Source: Squalus acanthias
Lineage: Eukaryota
Direction: 5' to 3'
Assembly (NCBI GenBank): GCA_030390025.1
Contig: CM059432.1
Location: 127,598,001 to 127,662,000, forward strand
Length of the DNA: 64,000 nucleotides
Positions 51,355-64,000 of this stretch are shown in pieces. The number at the start of each line of letters is the position of its first letter. Positions within the stretch are counted from its first letter, which is position 1. The notes beneath the pieces were generated by a model. That model was not told where the DNA came from, searched no databases, and saw only the letters and a list, made by a program, of their open reading frames with translations. Position numbers and translations under genes: made by a program.

Positions 51355-52409
51355 ATAATTAAAAAAAAATTTTTTTTTTTAAACCACCATTGTCAGCATA
51401 CGCTAACAAACAAACTCTTCTGAACCATATACTACTGTGCTATACAGACATTCAGCCTGTAACATTACATTATTTAACATCAGGTGCTTCTCCTTCCTGC
51501 AGTGAATTTCAATCATAGCATGATACAGCTCAGAAGGAGGCCATTTGGCCCATCGTGTCTGTGCCGGCTCTTTGAAAGAGCTTTCCAATTAGTCCCACTC
51601 CCCTGCCCTTTCCCCATAGCCCTGCAAGTGTTTCCCCTTCAAGTATTTATCCAAATCCTCTTAACAGATATTGGCCCGGATTTTGCGGTCAGCGGCAACG
51701 AACGGCACTCGCCATTCATTACGCCCACAGACTTTTTGCGGGCTTTTGCACGGCAATTTGCAGTCATCGATTACAGTCTGAAACAGTGCAGTGCCCTCTA
51801 CAGGGGATCTGGGACCTGTGTGAACAGAGCAAGCAAAAGCGTGTCTCTTCAACCAATCAGATTGAAGAATCCTTACTGAGGCACGCAGAATCTAAACCAG
51901 GAAGTGTATTAGAATATTTAATTCAATGTAAAATCATGTACAGAAAGCGAAATAAAGAGAGGGAAAGAAAGATGGGATTAAGAGAGAAAAATAAAAGAGA
52001 CAGAAAGAAAAAGATAAAAAAATTATTTACATTTTTTTTTAAATCTCCATCAATAATTAAAATAGGAAGGTCTGAGACTCCACACTTGAAATTTGGATCT
52101 TTCTTTCACCACTATGTACAGTTTATGCTGCATAGGTCCCCTAATCACATGTATTACTTACTGGAGCAAACACAGATTGCCCACTATTCTGTATCAGGGA
52201 GGATGGAAACTAAAACACTGCCAGACCAATGCATACAGGCTAAAGTACATGTTCAGATTTATTTACAGATAAAAACTTACGTTAAAATTAAAAGGCATCG
52301 CAAGATACTAATGCAGTACAATAAAGAATATATATAAATATTGTGTGTATGTATGGGTAGTATTTGAGAGTCATTTTCCCAGTTTTTACCTGTTGCTACA
52401 TTCCTAATG

Positions 52410-52575
52410 TTCAGCTTGGACCAGATGGTAGCACACTGCCCTGACGTTGGTGGATTTAATCCCCACTCCAGGACTTGAGCACATAATTTCGGCTGTCACT
52501 TTGTTGCAGTTCTAAGGGAGTGCTGCATTGTCAGAAGTGCTACCTTTTGGATCAAATGTTAAGCCGAGACCCCAG
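52410..52575 (+). mobile_element. tRNA-derived SINE 5' fragment just upstream of exon I
   Basis: Similar to the head of the SINE at 62966. Confidence 0.6.
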
Positions 52576-52599
52576 CTGGCAGAGTGGCTAGTGGATCAG

Positions 52600-52829
52600 T
52601 TGGATCAAGAATCTGGAGAAATGCAAATGAGAGACCAGTTCATATACCGGCGAAGGAAACTTTAACTGAAGGTTCATCTATTGCTTTGATCTCCTGCCTT
52701 CTGAGAAACTTATTGTGTACAAGAAGAAGGATTCCATATTTTCCACGTAGGAAACGGAGTACCGGTTACCTCCAGTGCTCGTACTGCAGGTGTGGGACTA
52801 TGACGTAATCTCTGCAAATGATTTCGTGG
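52600..52829 (+). pseudogene. FER1L4: Ferlin exon I, C2F (WIKNLEKCK*ETSSYTGEGNFN*RFIYCFDLLPSEK...IFST*ETEYRLPPVLVLQVWDYDVISANDFV)
   Basis: Stops at 52628, 52667 and 52748; the conserved DVHx after ET is absent (12-nt deletion); in-phase donor reads TTATGT; no pyrimidine tract. Confidence 0.92.
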
Positions 52830-53662
52830 TTATGTATAGAAACACTACACAAATGATTCATTATTACAACGCTACTGGGCATTTGGCGAAGATGTTGAAG
52901 TGGAGTGTTTATTTCACAAATTAATAAAACATGGTAGCTGTGGGTGTCATATTTTGATTTGCCTTGCTCTTTTCTTTAACTGCTCCATACGCCATCAGTA
53001 ACAGGGAAGGCAGTGTATCCCCATTCATCTAGGAGATGTGCAAAAGCAGCAGTTTCACTCCAGTTTCTGATTTTCTGTCTATGTGGAGAAGCACCATCTC
53101 AACTTGCTGCCTCCCTCTGACCGCATGGCCAAGATCAGGGGCTCGACTGGCACAGAGAGAGATTCTGGGGCTTTTCTTTTAGAGTGAGCAGGTGTTAGGT
53201 TTTACTGCCTTCAGAAACAGCCATAGCTATTTTCTATTGCTTGTGGCATTAAAAGTTAACTTTAATATGTTGTCCATGACAACGACTGCAGCTTTATTTC
53301 AAACATAGGCAGCCATCACACCTTTCAGTCTGTGCTGGCCTCAATTAGGGTTGTCAGAAGACTGTTTGAAGCTGTAACCGTGTCAATGGCTACCAGAAAA
53401 CAACCTAAAATCATGTATAACTGATCAGATTGAAGAGTAACCAGTCAACAAGATATTTTGCTGATGGTTGCTATCTTTTTTACTAACTTTGAAACCATTA
53501 GATGCAATGGCCTTTCTAATAATAGAAGTGGCTCTTTGGATAAGGAACAGTTGTATGTGGAAAAATAGAACATTTACTTGATATTAGATTTGAATGCCCA
53601 AGTGAATATTAATGAATTGCATTTAATTTAATTATGAATGAATCATGTTTTTTGGGGTCCAA

Positions 53663-53904
53663 GTTCAATTGAATTAGATCTAACCGAAATGGCTCCTGGG
53701 TGAAAGAAGCCTGGGCTATGTATGCTTAACACGGTGCTGGGAAAGGATCATCAAACCATCTCCATCTTTAAAAAGAAGCGAGGCCGAGGATAGTGGCCCT
53801 TTGCAAAGATCCAAGAAGCTGGAGATGAAAAAAAGAAAAGAAAAGAAAAAAAGCAGACAATTCAGGCTGTCATCCAAATTGGAAACACTAATTATGAGCA
53901 CATT
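53663..53904 (+). pseudogene. FER1L4: Ferlin exon J (SIELDLTEMAPG*KKPGLC...ISIFKKKRGRG*WPFAK...NYEHI)
   Basis: Stops at 53701 and 53791 (the latter in the GWWP motif); in-phase acceptor reads AA instead of AG; gtaaga donor. Confidence 0.88.
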
Positions 53905-54169
53905 GTAAGATATCAGCTAAATATTTTGTAATGTGATTCCTCATTTTACATTTGCCTACAAAACAACTGTCACTACGCTCCAAAACTAATTCAGTGTATG
54001 AAATGCTTAGGGACATTTCAACATGATACGGTGATATGTAAACGCTATTATTGTTGTATTTTTTTTTTAAACTATGCCACATCAGTGGATCAAGTACCAC
54101 TTGCTACAGGTAAATGAGTCGCATGATATTCATTCACCCTTTTGGGACAGCAGTAGCATCTTCTGGCAG

Positions 54170-54655
54170 CAAACTGTGCTTGCTTAGGCAGTCCCTCGGA
54201 ACCGAGGATGACTTGCTTCCACATTAAAAATGAGTTCGCAGGTGACTGATGAGCCCAGTGCGGGACCTACAGTCTGTCACAGGTGGGGCAGACGGTGGTT
54301 GAAGGGGCGGGTGGGTGGGGTGCTTGTGTTGACATGCGCTCCTTGCGCTGCTTGCGCTTGGCTTCCACTTGCTCCCGGCGAAGAGACTCGAGGTGTTCGG
54401 CGCCTTCCCGAATGCTTCTCCTCCACTTTGTGCGGTCTTGGGCCAGGGATTCCCAGGTGTCAGTGGGGATGTTACACTTTTTCAAGGAGGCTTTGAGGGT
54501 GTCCTTGAAGCATTTCCTCTGCCGTGCCAGAGCTCCAAGTAGAGCGCTTGTTTTGGGAGTCTCGTATCGGGCATGCGGACAATGTGACCCGTCCATCGGA
54601 GCTGATCGAGTGTGGTCAAAGCTTCAATGCTGCGGATGTTGGCCTGAGCAAGAAC
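54170..54655 (-). mobile_element. RTE-clade LINE 3' fragment
   Basis: FKDTLKASLKKCNI..WESLAQDR..WR...CPTC. Confidence 0.75.
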
Positions 54656-55890
54656 ACTGCTCAGGCAGCAAACTGTAAATTGTTGTTGACTATTGCAAAT
54701 GCAGAAATGCTTTCCCCAAAATCAAATGAATAATATTCAGAGTGAGACAGTTTCTGTATGTTATGGAGTATTCGTGCATATAAAATTTCAAAGTATCATT
54801 AGGTAAAGAATTAGATCCCCTTCCCCATTAAAATGTATTATCTTTATTACATTCCGGGTTTCCTGGCGTGCTATGGTGTTTTAACACCACAGCGTGCGTG
54901 CGACATAAAGGGTGGGTTCCCCGCCCGGAAGCCAGCCTGATTGACAGGCTGGCTTCCAGTCGGGCAGGGAATGCGGACCAGGATGCTGCACGACCAGGTA
55001 GGTGCTGGGCCCAGATGGTGGGGTGGGGTGGGGCAGGAGGTCCAAGCCCAGGGGGTCTCCCATCCCCCGGGGGTCCGATCTCCGACCCCGGGGCGGAGTT
55101 GCGATCCCGGGGGGGGGATTCCAAGCCTGGGAGGAGGGTCCGATCCCATGGCGGGGTGGGGTTCCGAACCCCGACCCTGGGGAGTATGGAGTGTTGGGGG
55201 AGCTTGGGGGGGCCGGGAGGAAGCACTCCTGCTCCTCCTGGCCCACAAGGATTGCTCCCCAAGGCTATGGCGGCCTCGTTGCACCTACCGGGAATCCCGA
55301 TCCCCGGGATCCCCGGCCGCCTGCAGTAAAGTAGAGGCTTCAAGCCTCATTATCATATTTAAATGAACAACCTGCCTCCTGGCAGCAGGTTGACTGCCCG
55401 CCCCCTGTCCCGCCTGAGTGAAAGGTGAAAGTGGGCAGGTTGGGGTCGGGTTTTAGACAACTTTCACTCCCCCCACCCCCCACCCCCCCCCCCCCCACCT
55501 CCAACCCACCTTTTTTTTCCTGTGAAAATTCCGGCCTAAGATTCTAGATTTGGGTAAGGCCGACTTCAATAGGATGAGACAGAGACTGTCCACAGTAAAC
55601 TGGGCAAATCTGTTAATGGGTAAAACGACGGAAGATCAGTGGGAGGTGTTCAAAAAAGAATCTAATATGATACAGAACCAGTTTATACCCCTGATGGAAA
55701 ACAGCTCCACTTGCCAAAAAAAAACAGCCATGGACTATTAAAGAGGTAAGGGACAGCACAAAACTAAAAGAAAAAGCATACAAAAATGCAAAATATAGCA
55801 CAGATCCTGGTGAATGGGAAAGATACAAAGAACAGCAAAGGGTCACAAAACAGATAGTAAGAGCTACAAAAAGGGAGTCTGAAAAGAAAC

Positions 55891-56760
55891 TCCCCAGTTT
55901 GTGTTTCGCTCTCTCCCTCCCTCAGTTTGTGTTTCTCTCTCTCTCCCTCCCCCAGTTTGTGTTTCTCTCTCCCTCCCCCAGTTTGTGTTTCTCTCTCTCT
56001 CTCCCAGTTTGTGTTTCTCTCTCTCTCTCCCCCCAGTTTGTGTTTCTCTCTCTCTCTCCCCCCAGTTTGTGTTTCTCTCTCTCTCCCCCCAGTTTGTGTT
56101 TCTCTCTCTCTCCCCCAGTTTGTGTTTCTCTCTCTCTCCCTCCCCAGTTTGTGTTTCTCTCTCTCTCCCCCAGTTTGTGTTTCTCTCTCTCTCCCCCCAG
56201 TTTGTGTTTCTCTCTCTCTCCCTCCCCAGTTTGTGTTTCTCTCTCTCTCCCTCCCCAGTTTGTGTTTCTCTCTCTCTCTCTCCCCCCAGTTTGTGTTTCT
56301 CTCTCTCTCCCTCCCCAGTTTGTGTTTCTCTCTCTCTCTCTCCCCCCAGTTTGTGTTTCTCTCTCTCCCTCCCCAGTTTGTGTTTCTCTCTCTCTCCCTC
56401 CCCCCAGTTTGTGTTTCTCTCTCTCTCCCTCCCCAGTTTGTGTTTCTCTCTCTCTCCCTCCCCAGTTTGTGTTTCTCTCTCTCTCCCTCCCCAGTTTGTG
56501 TTTCTCTCTCTCTCCCTCCCCAGTTTGTGTTTCTCTCTCTCTCCCTCCCCAGTTTGTGTTTCTCTCTCTCTCCCTCCCCAGTTTGTGTTTCGCTCTCTCT
56601 CCCTCCCCAGTTTGTGTTTCTCTCTCTCTCCCTCCCCAGTTTGTGTTTCTCTCTCTCTCCCTCCCCCCAGTTTGTGTTTCTCTCTCTCTCCCTCCTCAGT
56701 TTGTGTTTCTCTCTCTCTCCCTCCCCAGTTTGTGTTTCTCTCTCTCTCCCTCCCCCAGTT
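55891..56760 (+). repeat. Pyrimidine-rich minisatellite CCCCAGTTTGTGTTT(CT)n, ~30 copies
   Basis: Directly visible; abuts a CR1 fragment at ~55540-55890. Confidence 0.97.
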
Positions 56761-57884
56761 GCTCTCTCAGGACTCTCGGAGTTTCTAGGTGATTTTCATT
56801 GGCCCCGATGCCGCCATCCTCACAACTGGCAATGAAGCGTTCTGTTTCCGAATAGCGGGGAAACCAGATGAGCTCTGACAATGCAGTTTGGTTACAGGCC
56901 ATGACAGCCTGGGGGGCTCTGTATATGTGCAAACCATGCATACAAGAACCGTTTCTCCCGAGTCACCAACAGCAGAGCTCGGGAGAACAACTGCCCATTC
57001 TGGTAGCCTCTCGCCCAAGAGTTGGGAATCCTAATGAGCAGCGATTAGTTAACCAGATGGATAACCAAAGAGTTAAAATGAATTTTTAACTGAAGGATTT
57101 AATTTCTCCTCTGTTTCTGTTTGCCTGTAAGGCACTGTGAGCTGGTATTTTTAGTCAGGCTAATTAACTGTAGGCTGCCGCAGGCATCCTGTGTAAGCAG
57201 ACTGACAGTCCCTGTTTCTAAAGATGGTGCAAACTCAATTATCAATGATGAATAAGATTTTTCTCCTTCCCATTCCCTTTCTTGTTTGTATTTTACCCAC
57301 AGGATTATGCTATAATATATACATAGTAATAACATCACAACAAATAACTTGGTCTCACTTTCTCTTCCTCTCGCATTAAGCACACTGTTAAAAATAACTC
57401 TCTCAGCTTCTCTTCCTGTCAAGAAAACAAATCAGATATAGTTGTTGCCATCAGCTTTCAAGATCTTTACTGACTTGTGCATATTATGGGCCAGAATAGT
57501 CAGTCAATACTTTACAAGGAATATGACTGCTTACTTTCTGTCTGTGATGGAAATGCTTACAATTTGAAGTGACATTGTCAAATGTGAACTTAATACACCA
57601 CAAACAATGCAGCAGAATTGCATACAAGTATTGATAAGCATACACCTTGGCCCAAAATTCAAAATAATTCAATCAAACCAAACAGGGGTCGACCATGGAC
57701 ATTTTCTGCTTCGCAGGAAGGCAGTGCATGTGGGAAATTGTGCATCCCCTTCGTTAATTTTAATGGACTTAAAATCATGGGGTGGGGGTACACAATTTCC
57801 CAATATGTACTGGGAGCACCATAGTGGAAAATCGGCAGTTTTTGTTGCTCCCTTACCATAATTAGATCCTGAACATGTGAAAAA

Positions 57885-58415
57885 GCACAGTGGAGGAGCA
57901 AAGTGATCTCGGAGTACAAATACACAAATCACTGAAAGTAGCGACACAGGTTAACAAGGCCATAAAAAAACCAAACCAAGCAGTCGGGTTTATTTCTACA
58001 GGGATAGAAAAGAAAAGTAGGGAAGTTATGCTAAACCTGTATCGAACCTTGGTTAGACCACACTTGGAGTACTGCGTACAATTCTGGTCGCCATATTATA
58101 AAAGGATATGGAGGCACTGGAGAGGGTGCAGAGGAGATTTACAAGGATGATACCAGAAATGCGAGGGTATACCCATCAGGAAAGGATGACAGGCTGGGTC
58201 TCTTTTCTCTTGAAAAAAGAAGGCTGAGGGGTGACCTAATAGAGGTCTATAAAATTATGAGAGGTTTTGATAGAGTGGATAGAGAGAGAATGTTTCCACT
58301 TGTGGGGAAGAGCATAACTAGGGGCCATCAATATAAGATAGTCACCAAGAAATCCAATAGGGAATTCAGAAGAAACTTCTTTACCCAAAGAGTGGTGAGA
58401 ATGTGGAACTCGCTA
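57885..58415 (+). mobile_element. CR1 3' fragment
   Basis: [19 protein letters not shown]. Confidence 0.85.
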
Positions 58416-58575
58416 CTTATTATTGATTCAACATGAGTTATCTAGAAAATATGTCTACTGTTCCAATTTTTCCCAAGTAAGATTGTTCTTGAATCATTGG
58501 GTTTGCTTGGTTCACAACAAGCTAATTCTCAGGCTAGAAACTAGTTCACTCAACCTCCTGCAGTCCTGTACTGTA

Positions 58576-61500
58576 TTTTTTTTTATTCGTTCATGGGATG
58601 TGGACATCACTGGCAAGGCCAGCATTTATTGCCCATCCCTAATTGCCCTTGAGAAGGTGGTGGTGAGCCGCCTTCTTGAACTGCTGCAGACCGTGTGGTG
58701 AAGGTACTCCCACAGTGCTGTTAGGGAGAGAGTTCCAGGATTTTGACCCAGCGACTATGAAGGAATGGCGATATAATTCCAAGTCATAATGGTGTGTGAC
58801 TTGGAGGTGATGGTGTTCCCATGCGCCTGCTGCCCTTGTGCTTCTAGATGGTAGAGGTCACGGGTTTGGGAGGTGCTGTTGAAGCCTTGGCGAGTTGCTG
58901 CAGTGCATCTTGTAGATGGTACACACTGCAGCCACGGTACACCGGTGGTAGAGGGAGTGAATGTTTAAGGTGGTGGATGAGGTGCCAATCAAGAGGGCTG
59001 CTTTGTCCTGGATGGTGTCGAGCTTCTTGAGTGTTGTTGGAGCTGCACTCATCCAGACAAGTGGAGAGTACTCCATCACACTCCCAACTTGTGCCTTGTG
59101 GAAAGGCTTTGGGGAGTCAGGAGGTGAGACAATCGCCGCAGAATACCCAGCCTCTGACCTGCTCTTGTAGCCACAGTATTTATGTGGCTGGTCCAGTTAA
59201 GTTGCTGGTCAATGGTGAATCCCCAGGATGTTGATGGTGGGGGATTTGGCGATGGTAATGCCGTTGAATGTCAAGTGGCGGTGGTTAGATGCTCTCTTGT
59301 TGGAGATAGTCATTGCCTGGCACTTGTGTAGCGCTAATGTTACTTGCCACTCATCAGCCCAAACCTAAATGTCGTCCAGGTCGTGCTGCATGCGAGCAAG
59401 GATTGCTTCATTATCTGGGGAGTTACGAATGGAACTGAACACTGTGCAGTCATCAGCGAACATCCCCACTTCTGACCCTATAATGGAGGGAAGGTCATTG
59501 ATGAAGCAGCTGAAGATGGTTGGGCCTAGGACACTGCCCTGAGGAACTCCTGCATCAATGTCCTGGGGCTGAGATGTTTGGCCTCTAAAAACCACGTTTA
59601 CTAGGGCTCCTTGATGCCACATTCGGTCAAATGCTAGGCCTAGGACACTGCCCTGTGGAACTCCTGCAGCGATCTCCTGGGGCTGAGATGATTGGCCACC
59701 AACAACCACAACCATCTTCCTTTGTGCTAGGTATGACTCCAGCCAATGGAGAGTTTTCCCCCTGATTCCCATTGACTTCAATTTTACTAGGGCTCCTTGA
59801 TGCCACACTCAGTCAAGTGCTGCCTTGATGTCAAGGGCAGTCACTCTCACCTCACCCCTGGAATTCAGCTCTTTTGTCCATGTTTGGACCAAAGCTGTAA
59901 TGAGGTCTGAAGCCGAGTGGTCCTGGCGGAACCCAAACTGAGCATTGGTGAGCAGGTTATTGGTGAGTAAGTGCTGCTTGATAGCACTGTCGACGACACC
60001 TTTGCTGATGATTGAGCGTAGACTGATGGGGCGGTAATTGGCCGGATTGGATTTATCCTGCTTTTTGTGGACAGGACATACCTGGGCAATTTTCCACATT
60101 GTTGGGTAGATGCCAGTGTTGGAGCTGTACTGAACATCTTGGTTAGAGGCAAGGCTAGTTCTGGAGCACGTCTTCAGCATGGCAGTCGGGATGTTGTCGG
60201 CGCCCATAGCCTTTGCTGTATCCAGTGCGCTCAGCCATTTTTTGATATCACATGGAGTGAATCGAATTGGCTGAAGACTGGATTCTCTGATAGTGGGGCT
60301 TTCAGAAGGAGGCTGAGATGGGTCACCCACTCGGCAATTTTGGCTGAAGATGATTGTGAACGTTTTAGTCTTGTCTTTTGCACTCACATGCTGGGCTCTG
60401 CCATCATTGAGGATGCGGATGTTCATGGAACCTTCTCCTCCCGTTAGTTGTTTAATGGTCCACCAGCATTCATGACTGCAGAGCTTAGATCTGATCTGTT
60501 GGTTGTGGGATCACTTAGTTCTGTCTATAGCATGCTGTTTAGCATGTATGTAACCCTGTGTTGTAGCTTCACCAGGTTGGCACCTCATTTTTAGGTACGC
60601 CTGGTGCTGCTCCTGGCATGCTCTTCCGCACTCCTCATTGAACCAGGGTTGGTCCCCTGGCTTGATGGCAATGGTAGAGTGAGGGATATGCCGGGCCATG
60701 CTGCTGCTGATGGTCCACAGCGCCTCATGGATGCCCAGTTTTGAGCTGCTAGGTCTGTTCCGAATTTATCCCATTTAGCACGGTGGTTGTGCCACACAAC
60801 ACAATGGAGGGTGTTCTCAGTGTGAAGACGGGACATCGTCTCCATAAGAACTGTGCGGTGGTCACTCCTACCAATACTGTCATGGACAGATGCATCTGCG
60901 ACAGGTAGATTGATAAGAATGAGGTCAAGTAGGTTTATCTCTCATGTTGGTTCTCTCCCCAACTGCCACAGGGTCAGTCTGGCAGCTGTGTCCTTCAGAG
61001 CTCGGTCAGTAGTGAGCCTCTCTTGGTGATGACCTTGAAGTCCCCCACCCAGAGTACATTCTGTGCCCTTGCTATCCTCAGTGCTTCTTCCAAGTGGTGT
61101 TCAACATGAAGGAGTACTGATTCATCAGCTGAGGGAGGGCGGTAGGTGGTAATCAGCAGGAGGCTTCCTTGCCCTATGCTTGACCTGGAGCCATGAGACT
61201 TTCTGGGGTCCGGAGTCAATGTTGAGGTCTCCCAGGGCCACTCTCTCCCGACTGTATACCACTGTGCCACCACCCCTGGTGGGTCTGTCCTGCCGAATGT
61301 ACAGGACATACCCAGGGATGGTAATGGAGGAGTCTGGGACATTGGCTGAAAGGTATGATTCTGTGAGTATGACTATGTCAGGCTGTTGCTTGACTAGTCT
61401 GTGGGACAGCTCTCCCAATTTTGGCACAAGTCCCCAGATGTTAGTGAGGTGTGCCTTTGTCGTGGCCAGTGCCTAGGTCGATGCCACGTGGTCCGTCCAG

Positions 61501-61899
61501 TTTTATTCTTTGTGTACTTCTTTGTAACAGTTTGGTACAACCGAGTGTCTTGCTAGGCCATTTCAGAGGGCAGTTAAGAGTCAACCACATTGCTGTGGGT
61601 CTGGAGTCACGTATAGGCCAGACCGAGTAAGGACGGCAGATTTCCTTCCCTAAAGGACATTAGTGAACCAGATAGGTTTTTACGACAATCTGATAGTTTC
61701 ATACTAGCTTTTTATTCCAGATTTATTTAATTAACTACATTATATGGATCTGTTTCTCTAAAAATGGAAACATTTTATGTCCATTCTGTGATACCATAAA
61801 TTCCTCAGATGCCCTGATGGGATTATGAACTCACGTCTCCAGATCATTAGTCCAGGCCTCTGGATTATTAGTCCAGTAACATAAACACTATGCTACCAT
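58576..61899 (-). mobile_element. Non-LTR retrotransposon (APE endonuclease plus RT, no visible ORF1), degenerate, with tRNA-like 5' head
   Basis: PDIVILTESYL, YRPP, VGDF, NYRPISL, QFGFR, GVPQGSVLGP, FADD; poly(A) tail at ~58576. Confidence 0.8.
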
Positions 61900-62681
61900 A
61901 TAATCTCTTGTTATCCCTTGTTCAACTACAGGGGTGTTTCAAGATGATCTCCTAAATCGAGAAATGAGCACTCATCTGAAAATAATGCACCGTGATTCTT
62001 TTTTCTTTCAAAATACAATCTATTTTAGTAATATATTAATAATGAGGTAAAATTAAATTACAGGAAACTGGTTACAGAAGGATAAACTTCAAATAACTTA
62101 AAATTGTGCATCTAGCATCACCAGCTTGATAAAAGGAAACATCTAAAAATATATATTTTTCAGAGACTCTTAGATCCCAGTTTGTTTTCAAACTGCTGGG
62201 CTCCAGGTCACATGTTTGACATTTTACATTATATGGATCTGTTCAACTAAAAATAGAAACGTTTTCTGTCCATTCTGTGATACCATAATTGGGAAAACAG
62301 TTTCTTTGTTTTTTAAAAAGCCTTGAGGGGGTCCACAGTGCTGATTTTATACAGGGTCACGTGAACACCTTTTCTTTCTTTGACAACATGCCCAGCATAT
62401 TAACAGGAGGTGACAAAATTTCATGTGTTGAATAAAATATAATCAATGTACCTGAAGGTTTTGTGTGAAGGAGTTACAGATCTGTCAGTAATATTATTGG
62501 TGTCATGTTTTGTACTAACCGGTCGGTAATAACCTACCTGTGATGGTAGGTGGAGCTGGTAATGTCACTCCATTGGCCAAAACTGTCTATGGGCAGATGA
62601 CTGCAGTTTCCTGGCTTTAGCAGGATCTCAAATGAACTATACTTAATCATTTTGAAATGAAGGATGCCTTGTGTCTTGTAG

Positions 62682-62782
62682 GGCGAGTTTGAAGCAGAGT
62701 TTGAACCGCTGACATTGGCAGAAGCAGCAAATAACCTGGCCGATCTAGGACGGAAGGAACCGAATCCTCTTGACAAACCAAA
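62682..62782 (+). pseudogene. FER1L4: Ferlin exon K (GEFEAEFEPLTLAEAANNLADLGRKEPNPLDKP)
   Basis: tgtag acceptor, gtgagc donor; matches the GKVEAE...GRxEPxPLxKP pre-TM linker with substitutions at normally conserved sites. Confidence 0.88.
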
Positions 62783-62965
62783 GTGAGCATGTTTATTCGA
62801 AAGAGGGTAAAGTGAAATGTTCTATACTCCACGGGGTCTGAAATACTCCAAACAGCTGAAACATTGATATGGTGCACAAGTTGGAACAATAAGTCATTCA
62901 TTTGCTCATGGGTATTCTGCTGAACACATATTGAAAATTATTCAGCTTCAGTAGCAATAGATTAC

Positions 62966-63412
62966 TGTGTCAGCTGTGGCTCAGTGGGTAGCACACTGGC
63001 CTCTGAGTCAGAAGGTTGTGGGTTCAAGTCCCACTCCAGGGACTTGAGTGCATAAAGCTTGGTTGACACTCCCGTGCAGTGCTGAGAGAGTGCAGCACTG
63101 TCGAAGGTGCTGTCTTTCGGATGAAACATTAAACCGAGGCCCCGTCTGCTTGCTCCAGTGGATGTAAAAGATCCCATGGCACTATTTTGAAGAAGAGCAG
63201 GGGAGTTATCCCTGGTGTCCTGGCCAATATTTATCCCTCAACCAACATAACAAAAACAGATTATCTGGTCATTAGCACATTGCTGTTTGTGGGAGCTTGC
63301 TGTGCGCAAATTGGCTGCCGCGTTTCCCACATTACAACAGTGACTGTACTTCATTGGCTGTAAAGCGCTTTGAGATGTCTGGTGGTCGTGAAAGGCGCTA
63401 TATAAATGCAAT
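62966..63412 (+). mobile_element. Full-length tRNA-derived Deu-domain SINE (SacSINE1-like)
   Basis: A box TGGCTCAGTGGG, B box GGTTCAAGTCCC, Deu core (CCTGGTGTCCTGGCCAAT...GCTGTGCGCAAATTGGCTGCCGCGTT), L2-like tail. Confidence 0.8.
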
Positions 63413-64000
63413 GCATCAGGTTTGTTTTAATTTGTATTTAGTATTTAGAGCATTGTACATTTTAATGAGTAAGCTTATTAATGAAAAGAAACCACATAAT
63501 AATTTGGTTGCTGAAGGAAAGTTCATGTAACCTTGCTGGGATTAGTCATTATTACCATAGTAATCATGACTAGATGTTAGAAATGAACTAATACAAATTT
63601 AATGGATTGCTGTACCACTCACTCTCCAGCCTCTGCAGAGACCAGACCAGTGGATGGCAGCACACTGCGCACACAATGCAAAAACATATCTAACATAAAC
63701 ACTGTAGAACAGGGAGATGTTTATGAATCAGTCTGGAATGGAGATGTTCACCCTTGAAGTAATAGACTTGTGAAATGTTCAATCTTAAGAATGCCAGCTG
63801 CATTTCGCCAGCTCTCTTAACATGCTTAATCATTATGAAACTTCCTTTCAAAGTGCTTCAAATGTGAAAGTCACTTATTGTATTTTTTTAAGACCTTTAA
63901 GAGCAAACTGTTGCATTCCCCTGCTGCGGCTCTGAGTTTGATTCACAGATTAATATCCCACTGCAAAACTACTTCCAACAGAAGTGACTCAACAATGTGA

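Noticed and set aside
51323..53703. TGA codons as selenocysteine or recoding
   Set aside because: They replace Gly/Trp/other non-Cys residues and co-occur with TAG stops and splice-site loss
54828..55540. GC-rich overlapping ORFs or a CpG-island gene
   Set aside because: No domain motifs; ends in a Harbinger-like TIR (GAAAATTCCGGCC), so probably a MITE remnant
55899..56835. ~300 aa hydrophobic ORFs; array superficially CRISPR-like
   Set aside because: Simple tandem repeat with no unique spacers and no cas genes, in eukaryotic DNA
62966..63040. tRNA gene
   Set aside because: It is the tRNA-derived head of a SINE and continues into the Deu core and tail

Overview
Vertebrate genomic DNA, most likely from a shark or other chondrichthyan (inferred from the CR1/HER1-type LINEs, Deu-domain SINEs and Penelope-derived repeats). 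The host locus is the 3' part of a type-II ferlin gene on the + strand, closest to FER1L4. Ten exons were found by eye from 2677 to 62782, covering C2E, C2F and the pre-TM linker. The first four exons are open with GT/AG sites. One conserved exon could not be found. The downstream exons carry six in-frame stops, a 12-nt deletion and four broken splice sites, so this is a pseudogene or a C-terminally truncated gene. The introns are filled with mobile elements. These include two PIF/Harbinger elements, a 15-kb five-element nest built on CR1, two solo LTRs and a near-intact CsRn1-clade Gypsy. There is also a young non-autonomous endogenous retrovirus with decayed gag/pol/env but an intact, signal-peptide-bearing truncated second env (SU) ORF. 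Penelope-derived fold-back elements carry minimal hammerhead-ribozyme motifs. A LINE with a tRNA-like 5' head and two long G/C-skewed minisatellites complete the window. Homology calls come from recalled motifs, not database searches.
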